64,000 nt of DNA, taken from Porphyridium purpureum (Eukaryota). The stretch spans positions 124,001 to 188,000 of the forward strand of contig VRMN01000014.1 of NCBI GenBank assembly GCA_008690995.1, read 5' to 3'. Positions 11,301-22,273 of this stretch are shown in pieces; within the stretch, counting starts at the first letter, position 1, and every line of letters starts with the position of its first letter. The translations under genes and the position numbers were made by a program. Under the pieces are notes generated by a model, which was not told the origin of the DNA, searched no databases, and worked only from the letters and a program-made list of their open reading frames with translations.

Positions 11301-12649
11301 TCAAGTGTCGACTTGTCGCAAAAGGTTTCACTCAGAAACCTGGTTTGGACTACGACGAAGTGTTCAGCCCTGTTGTGCGACACAACACTATTCGAACGGT
11401 CCTGGCAGTAGCAGCTGCAAGAAAGTTGAAAATTCGACTTTTCGATGTGGTGACTGCGTTTCTCAATGGAGAACTTCATGAAGAAATTTTCATGGAACAG
11501 CCTCCTGGATTCGTACATGAAGGAGGAAAAGTCCTGAAACTGCGTAAAGCAATCTATGGATTGAAGCAGGCATCTCGAGCTTGGAATCAAGTTCTTGTGC
11601 AAGCACTTAAAGAAATCAATTTTTCCGAAAGTACGGCAGATCCTTGTCTGTTTTCTAAGGGTCCAAATGGTCCGTATATCATGATTTACGTCGATGACTT
11701 GGTCTTCATAGGTGAAGACGAAGTTACTTCAAATGAAGTGCTTCTGCATTTGCAAGGCAAGTTTGAAGTCAGGGATCTTGGGCAAGTGGTCAAGCAAAAA
11801 TTTGCCGGCTACACTCTTGATTATGATCAAAGGAATGGCATTATCAGACTTAATCAAAGCTTGTATGTCCAAACCATCCTGGAAAGGTTCGGAATGGAAT
11901 CGGCGAATCCAAGGAAGCTTCCCATGGAAAAGGATACGAAGTGGTATACTGCTACTGCAGAACCATGCAAGATGCCTTACATGGAACTCGTGGGAGCACT
12001 AATGTATTTGTGCACTTGCACGCGTCCGGATATTTCCTTCGCCGTGGGAGTGCTTGCACGATCAATGGCAAATGCCAATGAATCCCATTGGAATGCGGCA
12101 AAGGGAGTGCTGCGATATCTTAAAGGAACCATAAATTATGGTCTCCAATTTAGCTCAAATGGCAACTCCGACCTAATTGGTTACGTTGATTCAGACTATG
12201 CTAGTGATCTTCGAACGCGAAGGTCAACCACCGGATATGCTTTCACGATCAATGGATCAGTTGTCTCCTGGAAATCCAGGCTACAACCAACTGTGGCGCT
12301 GTCCACAACCGAAGCAGAGTACATGGCTCTCTCGGATGCATGTAAAGAAGCCCAGTGGTTTCAATATCTCATGGAATTCCTAGGATTCAAGTCGAAATCG
12401 ATTCCAATGTTTTGTGACAATGATGCTGCACTGAAACTGAGTGAGAACCCGATTGTGCACGAAAGGTCGAAGCACATTGACGTGAGAAAGCACTATGCTC
12501 GCGAATGTCAGCAACGGGGAATAGTCAAGGCTATTTACATTCGCACATCAGATCAGGCAGCAGATTTCCTAACCAAAGTGGTTCCTCGAGAAATGTTTTT
12601 GAAATGCAAAACCTTATTGGGTGTTGCTTGTCTTGAAAATTCGAGATAG
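8372..12649 (+). CDS. Copia Gag-Pol polyprotein (Gag-CCHC, protease, integrase, RT, RNase H)
   Basis: CGYCHKVGHETKRC, WMFDSGSDRH, HRRLGH..CVIC, HTDVCGP/RSDKGGEF/NGMAERMNRT, RLVAKGF, YVDD, YVDSDYA, STTEAEY, ADFLTK. Confidence 0.97.
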   Translation: MSPDAMAFTFDASKLSALANGVEKFNGENYDIWARRTKLALRVVKLWPVVAGMVVRPSSSSRATTGMTAEEWDDADLAGQFFLSGVLENRYDRLVRDKSSADGWSAVANYAHDQLSAQKFAFRMALERIVQNKNEAMAEYLDRGIGLWDKLVSIGEQVPEDHVVRYLVIGLRKEFQGSKDYLLHSAPTVSAARLQLLQLEAGKALERTLADEPPPIAMAVSQRPQQQQRDRSAGVVKTALVKENLKCGYCHKVGHETKRCFKRKNDLRDKAAGASGAADPEAVKRGIGKPNARVNVVQVKTKVTKPPAPAAKAAIEPGWMSWEAYANSVAGRGVVPKGPSLDIRMISPPATPAPINKATTSIYAICVSVVPHKHKSHKWMFDSGSDRHITWDRSILMNERPSDESLVTVANGEHVEVSLMGDVMLKTIIQDKFNDLRLENVLLIESTPINLLSTKVAARKGCVFKHDDSSSVLHFGSDGPVLAVGDGDLMIKLSAARINAITASNKFELFHRRLGHPGLAGLKNTQNCVQGIPADLKVPDEYHCVICQKAKGTRTPFKKRKLNSISAVPGEVLHTDVCGPLTPSSFDDHRYFLVVVDECSSLSVVHLLERKSEAGEMLLRTLKYLETTLGAKAKRVRSDKGGEFASLYVQRHLQDSGITWENTSAYTPELNGMAERMNRTLLEKVRSLLFDSNLPLENWSNALLTANYLRNRISNNRGKTPIEIAFRQRPDLSNLRIYGSRAFVHIPKQLRGKLETRSAIGCLVGYGNVHSVYRILLSDGTVVESRNVTFDESVVGIDVHEHEIHDSEYFSNFDKIVEELFPKDFSKSFDEKSQIASKNFETDSTRQMDDRSQEYSISNEIGETFLEKVQNNSKDLGFQKAPNGNFGNTEDDESQDSGYVANQFVGIISTVSEPRSVEEALKGDFSEQWLEALNRELESLTGNCTWELVDRPQDRIPVRCKWVFKIKYNVNGQIDRFKCRLVAKGFTQKPGLDYDEVFSPVVRHNTIRTVLAVAAARKLKIRLFDVVTAFLNGELHEEIFMEQPPGFVHEGGKVLKLRKAIYGLKQASRAWNQVLVQALKEINFSESTADPCLFSKGPNGPYIMIYVDDLVFIGEDEVTSNEVLLHLQGKFEVRDLGQVVKQKFAGYTLDYDQRNGIIRLNQSLYVQTILERFGMESANPRKLPMEKDTKWYTATAEPCKMPYMELVGALMYLCTCTRPDISFAVGVLARSMANANESHWNAAKGVLRYLKGTINYGLQFSSNGNSDLIGYVDSDYASDLRTRRSTTGYAFTINGSVVSWKSRLQPTVALSTTEAEYMALSDACKEAQWFQYLMEFLGFKSKSIPMFCDNDAALKLSENPIVHERSKHIDVRKHYARECQQRGIVKAIYIRTSDQAADFLTKVVPREMFLKCKTLLGVACLENSR

Positions 12650-12688
12650 AGGTGGAAGGCATGACGAAAAGTTGTCGCTGCGTGGGAG

Positions 12689-13013
12689 TGTTATGAATCC
12701 AGGGTTTCGGTAGATTCCCTCCCCAGGTAAAGTAGTAATACCATGGGGAATGTTTCAGCTCCAACTTTCTGTATTTCTCCAACTTTCTGTATTTCTCCAA
12801 CTTATAGTAAATAAGGGTTTTTGCCCTGGAGGTACAGTTGGCAATCTCACTAGTGAAAGCACTACGATTGCCTATATGAAGAGCTTAGCGATGGCCGAGG
12901 CTCGGAGTCCCCGGATGACGAAGGTAAGGTTAGTTGCAAGGGCGACGAAGGGGACACGCAACTGCGTTAGTGACAAGTCACAAAGACTCCCCGATACATC
13001 AGACCTTTTAATA
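12689..13013 (+). repeat. Inner 3' LTR (325 bp)
   Basis: Preceded by the purine-rich GCGTGGGAG; followed by TSD ATGCG. Confidence 0.97.
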
Positions 13014-13018
13014 ATGCG

Positions 13019-15561
13019 GACCACTCACTCCTTCGAGTTTTGACGACCATCGATATTTTCTAGTTGTCGTCGACGAATGCTCAAGTTTGAGTGTCGTCCA
13101 CTTGCTCGAGCGAAAAAGTGAAGCGGGTGAAATGTTACTGCGCACACTTAAATATCTCGAAACGACTCTTGGTGCAAAGGCAAAAAGAGTTCGGTCCGAC
13201 AAAGGTGGCGAATTCGCAAGCCTTTATGTGCAAAGGCATCTCCAAGACTCTGGAATTACTTGGGAAAATACCTCTGCTTACACGCCAGAACTTAATGGTA
13301 TGGCTGAACGCATGAATCGGACATTACTCGAAAAGGTTCGAAGCTTATTGTTTGATAGTAATCTACCTTTGGAAAATTGGAGTAATGCTTTGTTGACTGC
13401 GAATTATTTGCGAAATCGCATTTCAAATAATCGCGGGAAAACGCCGATAGAAATTGCATTCAGGCAAAGGCCAGATCTCAGCAATCTCAGAATCTACGGA
13501 TCGAGAGCGTTTGTTCATATTCCTAAGCAATTGCGAGGAAAACTAGAAACAAGATCTGCAATTGGATGCTTGGTCGGTTATGGAAATGTCCATTCCGTTT
13601 ATCGCATTCTTCTATCGGATGGCACGGTCGTTGAAAGTCGAAATGTCACTTTCGATGAGTCTGTCGTTGGAATAGATGTTCATGAACATGAAATCCACGA
13701 TTCGGAATATTTTTCCAACTTCGATAAAATTGTCGAAGAGTTGTTTCCAAAAGATTTCTCGAAGTCGTTTGATGAAAAGTCTCAAATCGCGTCAAAAAAT
13801 TTTGAAACAGATTCCACTCGACAAATGGATGATCGCAGTCAGGAATATTCTATTTCAAATGAAATCGGAGAAACGTTTCTGGAAAAAGTTCAGAATAATT
13901 CGAAAGATTTAGGGTTCCAAAAAGCTCCAAATGGAAACTTTGGGAATACTGAGGATGACGAAAGTCAAGACAGTGGATATGTCGCAAATCAATTCGTTGG
14001 AATAATTTCCACCGTTTCTGAACCTCGGTCAGTCGAAGAAGCACTAAAGGGTGACTTCTCTGAGCAATGGCTGGAAGCTCTGAATAGAGAATTGGAATCT
14101 CTCACTGGCAACTGCACGTGGGAGCTCGTCGATCGTCCACAGGACCGAATTCCTGTCAGATGCAAATGGGTTTTTAAGATCAAATATAATGTCAACGGAC
14201 AAATTGATCGGTTCAAGTGTCGACTTGTCGCAAAAGGTTTCACTCAGAAACCTGGTTTGGACTACGACGAAGTGTTCAGCCCTGTTGTGCGACACAACAC
14301 TATTCGAACGGTCCTGGCAGTAGCAGCTGCAAGAAAGTTGAAAATTCGACTTTTCGATGTGGTGACTGCGTTTCTCAATGGAGAACTTCATGAAGAAATT
14401 TTCATGGAACAGCCTCCTGGATTCGTACATGAAGGAGGAAAAGTCCTGAAACTGCGTAAAGCAATCTATGGATTGAAGCAGGCATCTCGAGCTTGGAATC
14501 AAGTTCTTGTGCAAGCACTTAAAGAAATCAATTTTTCCGAAAGTACGGCAGATCCTTGTCTGTTTTCTAAGGGTCCAAATGATCCGTATATCATGATTTA
14601 CGTCGATGACTTGGTCTTCATAGGTGAAGACGAAGTTACTTCAAATGAAGTGCTTCTGCATTTGCAAGGCAAGTTTGAAGTCAGGGATCTTGGGCAAGTG
14701 GTCAAGCAAAAATTTGCCGGCTACACTCTTGATTATGATCAAAGGAATGGCATTATCAGACTTAATCAAAGCTTGTATGTCCAAACCATCCTGGAAAGGT
14801 TCGGAATGGAATCGGCGAATCCAAGGAAGCTTCCCATGGAAAAGGATACGAAGTGGTATACTGCTACTGCAGAACCATGCAAGATGCCTTACATGGAACT
14901 CGTGGGAGCACTAATGTATTTGTGCACTTGCACGCGTCCGGATATTTCCTTCGCCGTGGGAGTGCTTGCACGATCAATGGCAAATGCCAATGAATCCCAT
15001 TGGAATGCGGCAAAGGGAGTGCTGCGATATCTTAAAGGAACCATAAATTATGGTCTCCAATTTAGCTCAAATGGCAACTCCGACCTAATTGGTTACGTTG
15101 ATTCAGACTATGCTAGTGATCTTCGAACGCGAAGGTCAACCACCGGATATGCTTTCACGATCAATGGATCAGTTGTCTCCTGGAAATCCAGGCTACAACC
15201 AACTGTGGCGCTGTCCACAACCGAAGCAGAGTACATGGCTCTCTCGGATGCATGTAAAGAAGCCCAGTGGTTTCAATATCTCATGGAATTCCTAGGATTC
15301 AAGTCGAAATCGATTCCAATGTTTTGTGACAATGATGCTGCACTGAAACTGAGTGAGAACCCGATTGTGCACGAAAGGTCGAAGCACATTGACGTGAGAA
15401 AGCACTATGCTCGCGAATGTCAGCAACGGGGAATAGTCAAGGCTATTTACATTCGCACATCAGATCAGGCAGCAGATTTCCTAACCAAAGTGGTTCCTCG
15501 AGAAATGTTTTTGAAATGCAAAACCTTATTGGGTGTTGCTTGTCTTGAAAATTCGAGATAG
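13019..15561 (+). pseudogene. 3' half of the outer gag-pol (integrase core, RT, RNase H)
   Basis: Resumes exactly after the TSD; matches the inner copy apart from GPN-G vs GPN-D at ~14581. Confidence 0.95.
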
Positions 15562-15600
15562 AGGTGGAAGGCATGACGAAAAGTTGTCGCTGCGTGGGAG

Positions 15601-15925
15601 TGTTATGAATCCAGGGTTTCGGTAGATTCCCTCCCCAGGTAAAGTAGTAATACCATGGGGAATGTTTCAGCTCCAACTTTCTGTATTTCTCCAACTTTCT
15701 GTATTTCTCCAACTTATAGTAAATAAGGGTTTTTGCCCTGGAGGTACAGTTGGCAATCTCACTAGTGAAAGCACTACGATTGCCTATATGAAGAGCTTAG
15801 CGATGGCCGAGGCTCGGAGTCCCCGGATGACGAAGGTAAGGTTAGTTGCAAGGGCGACGAAGGGGACACGCAACTGCGTTAGTGACAAGTCACAAAGACT
15901 CCCCGATACATCAGACCTTTTAATA
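15601..15925 (+). repeat. Outer 3' LTR (325 bp)
   Basis: Matches the inner LTRs rather than the outer 5' LTR. Confidence 0.95.
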
Positions 15926-16140
15926 ATGTTATCCCACTGAGCTGGTATAATTTTATGAATTATTTGGGCAGTTTGGTAGAATTAGCGATTCTATAGCAGC
16001 ACGCAGGTATCTTTGTCGAAGAAATCCTGTGTTGACGTAGAAGGAATTTAAAACAGTGCAGGCGTGATGCAGTGAATGGACAGGTTCTTTTGCCTGGTTT
16101 GGCGACATTTCATAATTTTTTTGGCCGCGTGGGAGTGTGT
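15926..16140 (+). pseudogene. Right half of the ancient copia relic (RNase H end and PPT-like GCGTGGGAGTGT)
   Basis: GCGTGGGAGTG at ~16126-16136 is the same PPT/LTR junction as in the young family; AT-rich like 4250-5995. Confidence 0.4.
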
Positions 16141-16699
16141 ATTTGTTATTCGACTTTGTTTAAAGTCGAATAATGTAACCCAAAGTGGTTGGTACTAAGA
16201 ACACAGCATGGACCGAATACGGCGGCCTGGTAAAACTGATTACGAAGGAAGATTCCAGAGAGCAAAAATGCACGGGCTGGTTTGGGTGAAGTGTTGATTG
16301 CCGCTATCCCGATTTTCTCTTATTTTTCTTTCGTATGTTTGACTTTGCCTGCGCTCGCGATAGAGAGAAAGTGCTTCCTCAAAAACTTAGCAGTTGCTAA
16401 TTTCAGCGAAGCAAACTTTCATTCAGACTGCTGCCCATTGTGAATCATGACGATGATGTCGCAAATTGAGACAAGTACGGTGGCACTCCAGCTCAAACTT
16501 TAGTGCCACAAAATCAATGAATTTTGGTTTTGGATGTAGGTTTCAATCAGAGCTGTCAGAGTCACATGGGGCAGCTCGAATTCCAAGCTTCATTTCTTGG
16601 CCGCGTGACATTGCCGGTTGCAAGTTTAAGCTTATCGGCCGTTAACGGCCGGTACTTCGGTTGGATTCATGTTGGCAGGTGGTGACGCAACTCTTCTGC

Positions 16700-19600
16700 T
16701 GCTTTACACTCAGTTCCACGAGACCGCTCTTTGTAAATCTTTTTATTCATAGGTCAAGCACCTCTATTTCAGAAGTACAAAAAGATTACGATTTTGCTCT
16801 AGTCTTAACATCCGTTCATTAGAGGGAAGTCTATCTCAGCGGGGCTTCAACAGTTGAGAAGGTTTTTCATCCTCCAATGATCTTGGCAGAACTGGTCGTT
16901 CCATGGCCACAGAGCGGAGCGCCTCTTTGTGCGGCAGACTTGCAGGTTTAAAGTGAGAGTTCGGCCGCAAAGGACTGCTGAAGGGCCTGAAAGCTAGCCT
17001 GCCTTTTACTCCAGGCTCAGCTGTATCAACGTGTGCTAATACATGGTTTATTGAGTAATGAGGCTTTGATGCTTTTTCGATACAATTGCCACAAGTGCTG
17101 TGGCCTCGCTCTGCCATTTTCGGGGCCGTCTCGTCACACGGCATCCGGGCGTCACCTCTGCATCTGCGCAGTGTTCAGTAGATATTGCAAATGCTTCATT
17201 GGCACCACCTTTCCCGACCAGCAGCTCGCTGGCGTCCTCCGTCAACGGAGCTCCAGTGGCCTATAGATAATCTGTATCCTAGAGCAAATCCATGCGCGCT
17301 TCATACAGCACCAACTCAAGGTCCTTCTGGACCACACCAAATGTCATGGCCACCACGCGAAGTGAACCACGCTTTGGCGCACTTGTTCCACCAGCGAAAC
17401 GGTTTACGCAGTTGCTTCTCGCTGGCTTCAGGCGAGAAGTAGCCACCATGCGATTTCATAAGCAGGTTTGTCATGTTCCACGTATAACCACGGCCTCGAT
17501 GATGCACCCCTCTGCAGTCGCCGGGACCTGCTAAAACCTGCTCGACACGCTACCGCGCGTGCCTTGCCCTACGCTAGGGTAGAGCATTTAAATGAGCTCG
17601 GTGCGCTGATCAATTAGTCGGCTGTGCCACATCAGCACCACGAGCCGAATTATTTTGCTTACTATTGTGCTCACCCACTGTACCCGATGCTATCCGTGTT
17701 GGGATGGTTGAACGGTCTAAGCGTCATCATGACTCTGTGAACTACTACCTCGACAGCCGAAGAAGTTGACCACGGGAGTGAGCTAGCGTAGATATGCAGC
17801 TCCGCCTCTTCATCGCCGCTGTCGCGCTTGGCTTCATCGACGGCGACGCAGACGACCTTGGGGACCCGGCAGTCACCCGTTATGAGGCTTCATCGCTTGC
17901 ACGGGTCGCATTGCCAGCCACCGTTGCTTTCGTCGGCGCTTTTGTGTTACCTACTGAAATTTGCCTCCTTCGCACTGGCCTTTCCGAGCCTGTTTCTTGT
18001 GCTTTCGTTTATATAACCCTCGATAGCTGCTGGACCTCAGCAGCGCTCCGACCTGGACTGTTCGTTAGCCCATTCCATGGACCCAAGCTCCATGAGATCT
18101 GGGCTGCTATGGATCGTTGACTAGGTGCAGCGAACCTCCTGGCGTCCGTCCCGGTTAACATCGAATCTACGTCTGTGATCTTTTCCACAGCCTTCGAGAA
18201 AGCGCACTTCTCGAAGCACCAACACCGAGAACTGCATCACGGTCGCGCATTTTCAGTCGCCTGTCGTCACCAAAAATCGACCCACTTGCAGACTCTGCTG
18301 TCCGAATGCTGATGTCTGCCCGACGAACGCAGACTTCTAAATAGCGTCGATGCTTCATGCGCAAGTGCTGTGAATCACTCTCCGCTCGCTTCACGCATGC
18401 TTGGATAAGACAGGCAATTAAGCAACTTTTATTCTCGGTGACCAAATACGCAAGGTCCATTCATTGCAACCGTCATTACTGCGCAATCCAATTTCTAAAT
18501 GCGACGATTTTGTCTGTGGCACTTGTGTGCAATGCTGGCCGCAGCTCCGGTAGCACACGGGGAGGACAGGCGGTCGTTCATTGTCAACGCTTCAGCAAAC
18601 GATGATGAAAACCAGCAAAACCAAACTTTCTCCTATGCACACCGGTCTGTACGTTTGCACTTCCAGTACAACTGGGTTGTGTAGTCCAACGCCTTCTTTC
18701 TAATGTGGCATGCGTCATATGGGACCTCGAACGACCAGCCCTTTTCTTCAATGCGTCTCCTTCCAGAGTTCCTTCGACCGTGTTACTGCGCACCTCAGGA
18801 GGGGTCCGCATCGTGCTTGACAGCGCATCTGGGAGCACACTTGACGCATTCTTGTCGAGTTCGCCCATTGTACACATGGGCTTTAAACCAGCATGCTTGT
18901 GCTCGACACCACCTTGGCCCTTCAAAACAGGCGTCATCCTGCAAATGAAATCTTTTCATGGAGCGTCTGGTGTCCCGCGGGTACTCCTGCACCATTCAAC
19001 CACATCGCAGGAATTATTTGTGTATAAGCGAGTCTTTATTAACCAACCTGTCGGCAAGTAAACCAGGATCACTTTTTATCCAACGGATCTAGACCGCGAT
19101 AAACGCTGCAGAGGACAGCCGCTGTTAGATAGACTTTTGCTCCCGCCAAAGTCGCTCTCCAGGCAGCTGTGCACCTGTCTTACAGGCATATGCACATCCT
19201 TTTGTTGTACCACACGTTTGCGCCAACACTTGTTGTTCAGAAATCTCTCACCAACGGAAGTGTCCACGCCACTCAAGTTTAGAAACAACACACATACTTT
19301 TGCTCTCAAGGTACAAAAGACGAAAGCAGGCTCCCTCTATCCTTGCTCGCTGCCGGGCTAGTTCCCTCCTACACCGCCGCGCTCCGCTTCTCGCAATATA
19401 TCTAACTCTTTCGCTGGACTCACCGCACACGACGCCGGTCGCTCCCGTACAGCACAGCGATGAACGATCATCACTTCGGCGAAATTTACGGTGCGCCCCG
19501 TACCACATAACCAAGACTTCTGCCCCAACAGCACCTTATCGCAATACTAGCCGCAAGGACAGTGTAAAGACTCACTTCGATGACGAAAAACAACACTTAA

Positions 19601-19852
19601 CCTGTAGGGACTTAGGATCTAAACCTCTCTCCTTCGAAGCGTTGCTAGAAGCCGACCATTCCTCGCCCTGGTGACGGCTTTTGCCACGCTATCTAAATGA
19701 GCAGCCCGTTCGCAGCTCCGAGAGCGCGCGGGTACCTAGAGTGGCCGCTCCGACTCCACATTCCAACGAGTCACGGCTAGCGCCGGCGGAAACATCACAG
19801 CCGACCCCCGATATCACGCACCGTCGGAAAGGCTGCACAAATTTCTCACACA
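16700..19852 (-). mobile_element. Heavily decayed second member of the CoDi-like copia family seen at 1-3808
   Basis: 19545-19840 aligns to 3494-3780 (shared blocks such as ATACTAGCC, GACTCACT, GCTAGAAGCCGAC, CGCAGCTCCG, GTCACGGCT, CCGGCGGA, GGCTGCACA); integrase-like HVLAHVDTAEPGVK at ~17000-17045. The left boundary is approximate. Confidence 0.6.
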
Positions 19853-20367
19853 ACGTGTGCGCAGATTGTACGCCATGCCCGTGGTGTTCAGCTAGCAAGC
19901 AGAATGATCTGTTTACCGATTCGCAACCAACTCTTGCTGTCGGTCCAAAAGGGCAACAAGCGAATTGGTCAACTTACGCAGCGCGGCCCCTTATAAGAAA
20001 GCGAATGGTGCTCATCAGCATAGATGAGCTGCGAAGCGAGCCCTTACTCGTACGCATGCTGCTGATCAGCACGGACATACGTATTTGTGTCATGCAAACG
20101 CGTTGGATAATGGCGGTTTTCGCGCTTCAGTCGCGGCGAATGCATGTGTCAAGCATTTTGCTTGTCTTGCGAGAAGGCAGCCTGCTTTTCCTTAATGTTA
20201 AACCGTGTACGGAAGGCCGGTGAGTCGGTGACATGCACGTTGTGCGCGTAGTACATTTACATCTATATGTGCAGCAAGTGACAATCAATTAAAAGCACGA
20301 GTTGCTTCCTACACTTTTTGAAACTAAAGATAATTTTGGAGCGAAACGATAGAAGGTCGACCGTGCA

Positions 20368-21483
20368 GTGACCGTTGCAAATGCCTTAACGATTAAACCT
20401 ACAACAGGCAAGCATGCATTCAAAGCTTTACAGCGCAAGCAATTGAGCTCGCGGTGCAGGAAAATCATCGGCACGGCGCCAAGCCTCAGCGAGCGAAAGC
20501 TTGGCGTCACTGCTGCTCTGGTGGCTGAAGGTCACTCTTTGCAGATGATCGCGGACCAACTGGGAGGATCTCGCTCAGTAGCGATAGTACGGAACTATTT
20601 GAAATGCCCGGAAAAGTACGGCAAACGGGGACTCAATGAAAGTGCTGGAAAAATGACACCATACCTGCGCCGAAAGATTGAGAATGTCCTGAAAACGAAG
20701 CCCATATTCTACTGCAAGCCAGGTGCACGCAGGCATCTTGTCAGCACGTGCCAAGCCAGTTTCAGTGCAAACGGTCCGCCGTGTCATTCGAAATGAGCAC
20801 AGATGGAAGAAGTGTAAGAAAACGCCATATTTGCAAGATCGCCATCGGCAGGCTCGTGTAAAATCTGTGCTTGATCACCGCTGGAAACGAGAAGAATGGC
20901 GAGATGTTGCGTTCAGACGAGAAAAAGTGGAGTTTATACGTTCCTGATGGCTTGAAGATCTACTCGGCGAGTTTGGAGCACGAGCCACCTAAATGTTTGA
21001 GTCATCTTTGTGGTGGGCGGAGCTTGGCGGTCTGGGGAGCGATAAACGACGACGGAAAACCTTTCATTCACAAGAGACTACTATTCGGGCGGCCAGACTG
21101 CCACAAAATACGTGGAAATGTTGGACAGGTCTCGAGTCATTGTGAAGGCTGAAGAAAAGCTTGGATACTTCAAGTTCATGCACGACGGGACTGCCTCCCA
21201 TAGGGCCCAGGTCACGAAGGACTGGTTGCAACGCAAGTACGTGGAGGTTCAGGATTGGCCTGCGCTTCCGCCAGACTTGAATCCAATTGAGAATGTATTG
21301 GGCCATTTGACACGCCAGGTTTGCGGTGGATGCAAGCAGTAGTCAAATGTGAAAGGGCTACGAGAGGCAATCGAGGATGCGCGGGAGAAAATGGAGGATT
21401 GCCACTTCAGAGATTTGCATGTCGGCATGCCGAAGCGGATCATTGACGGGTGCAAGGAAGGAAGTGCCACTTTGAGAACCTGA
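20368..21483 (+). pseudogene. Tc1/mariner (IS630-Tc1) DD34E transposase, frameshifted
   Basis: HTH-like GHSLQMIADQLGGSRS, SVQTVRRVI, SDEKKW..PDG, VWGAI, FMHDGTASH...WPALPPDLNPIENV with 34 residues between D and E; several frameshifts and a stop. No TIRs found. Confidence 0.88.
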
Positions 21484-21883
21484 TTTGATCTTTCTTTTTT
21501 CAGGTAAATGCTCGGAACCTTCGCTGTTTTGAAGCGTTTGTCACTTCCTTCTCGCGCCAAACAGTCGACCTTCACCAACTGTGGACAAATTTTACCTTTT
21601 TTGTTGGATGTGGTTGAAGCCTGTGTGTAGCCGTGACGTAGCTGCTTGCCGAATTGAACCGCGTTTTCTGTGTCTGTATTATCTTTTTTTTGTATCTGGA
21701 CGAGCTTGCGGCCCCGCGCGACGCTCCGTATATAGACCTTTTCCGAGGCCGCTGCAGGAATGGAACACAAGCTGCGGGCGGTGCGTTTGCACCCCACCGG
21801 TCTTCGCGAGACTGGTGAAAGCATGACTTCGGATTCTCGCGTCGAAATGTCCCATGCGTATTATCCTTGAAACCCTGTTTCAT

Positions 21884-22273
21884 TGTTGTGAATCAAGGGT
21901 TACGTGAGAGATGAGAAACTATATCCCAGCTGTGCTGGGTTTGCACGGTTGAACTTAATCGACTGGTGCAAGGAACTAAATCTTAGAACAATACAATATC
22001 TTGTTTTGTACTCTTTATCATCTCTGAGACTTTTGTGAACTACTCAAGCTAGCTCGTCGTCGACAAGCTTGTCGTTTTTATACCCTGTTCGCGGATGAGA
22101 CCCGCGCATACGTGGCTCCGGTGCATCATATGCAAAGGCCCCCGATTTGCTGGACACGCCCATGCCGTCCGTGACACGAGCAAGGACCCTTGCGTGTTGC
22201 TAACTTTAGCTCTGCTATAGCCAAGGGGTCAGCGACTTTGACTGTACCCTGGAAGCTTCTTTCATTCATAACG
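21884..22273 (-). mobile_element. Possible solo LTR (~390 bp)
   Basis: Near-inverted ends TGTTGTGAAT / ATTCATAACG resemble the young copia terminus TGTTATGAAT; minus-strand GGGTATAAAAA TATA box at ~22075-22085. No clean TSD. Confidence 0.35.

Larger units (their letters stand above)
8043..13013 (+). mobile_element. Intact Ty1/copia LTR retrotransposon (inner copy) with 5-bp TSD ATGCG
   Basis: Two 325-bp LTRs in which I see no differences (8043-8367, 12689-13013); ATGCG at 8038-8042 and 13014-13018; single 1425-aa ORF. Confidence 0.97.
5996..15925 (+). mobile_element. Ty1/copia LTR retrotransposon (outer copy), interrupted by a nested copy of the same family
   Basis: LTRs at 5996-6303 and 15601-15925, PBS at 6304, gag-pol split at 8042/13019; flanks ATGGT (5991-5995) and ATGTT (15926-15930). 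Confidence 0.95.

Noticed and set aside
21484..21883. Possible Fanzor/TnpB cargo next to the Tc1 transposase
   Set aside because: No RuvC or zinc-finger motifs recognisable in the translated ORFs.
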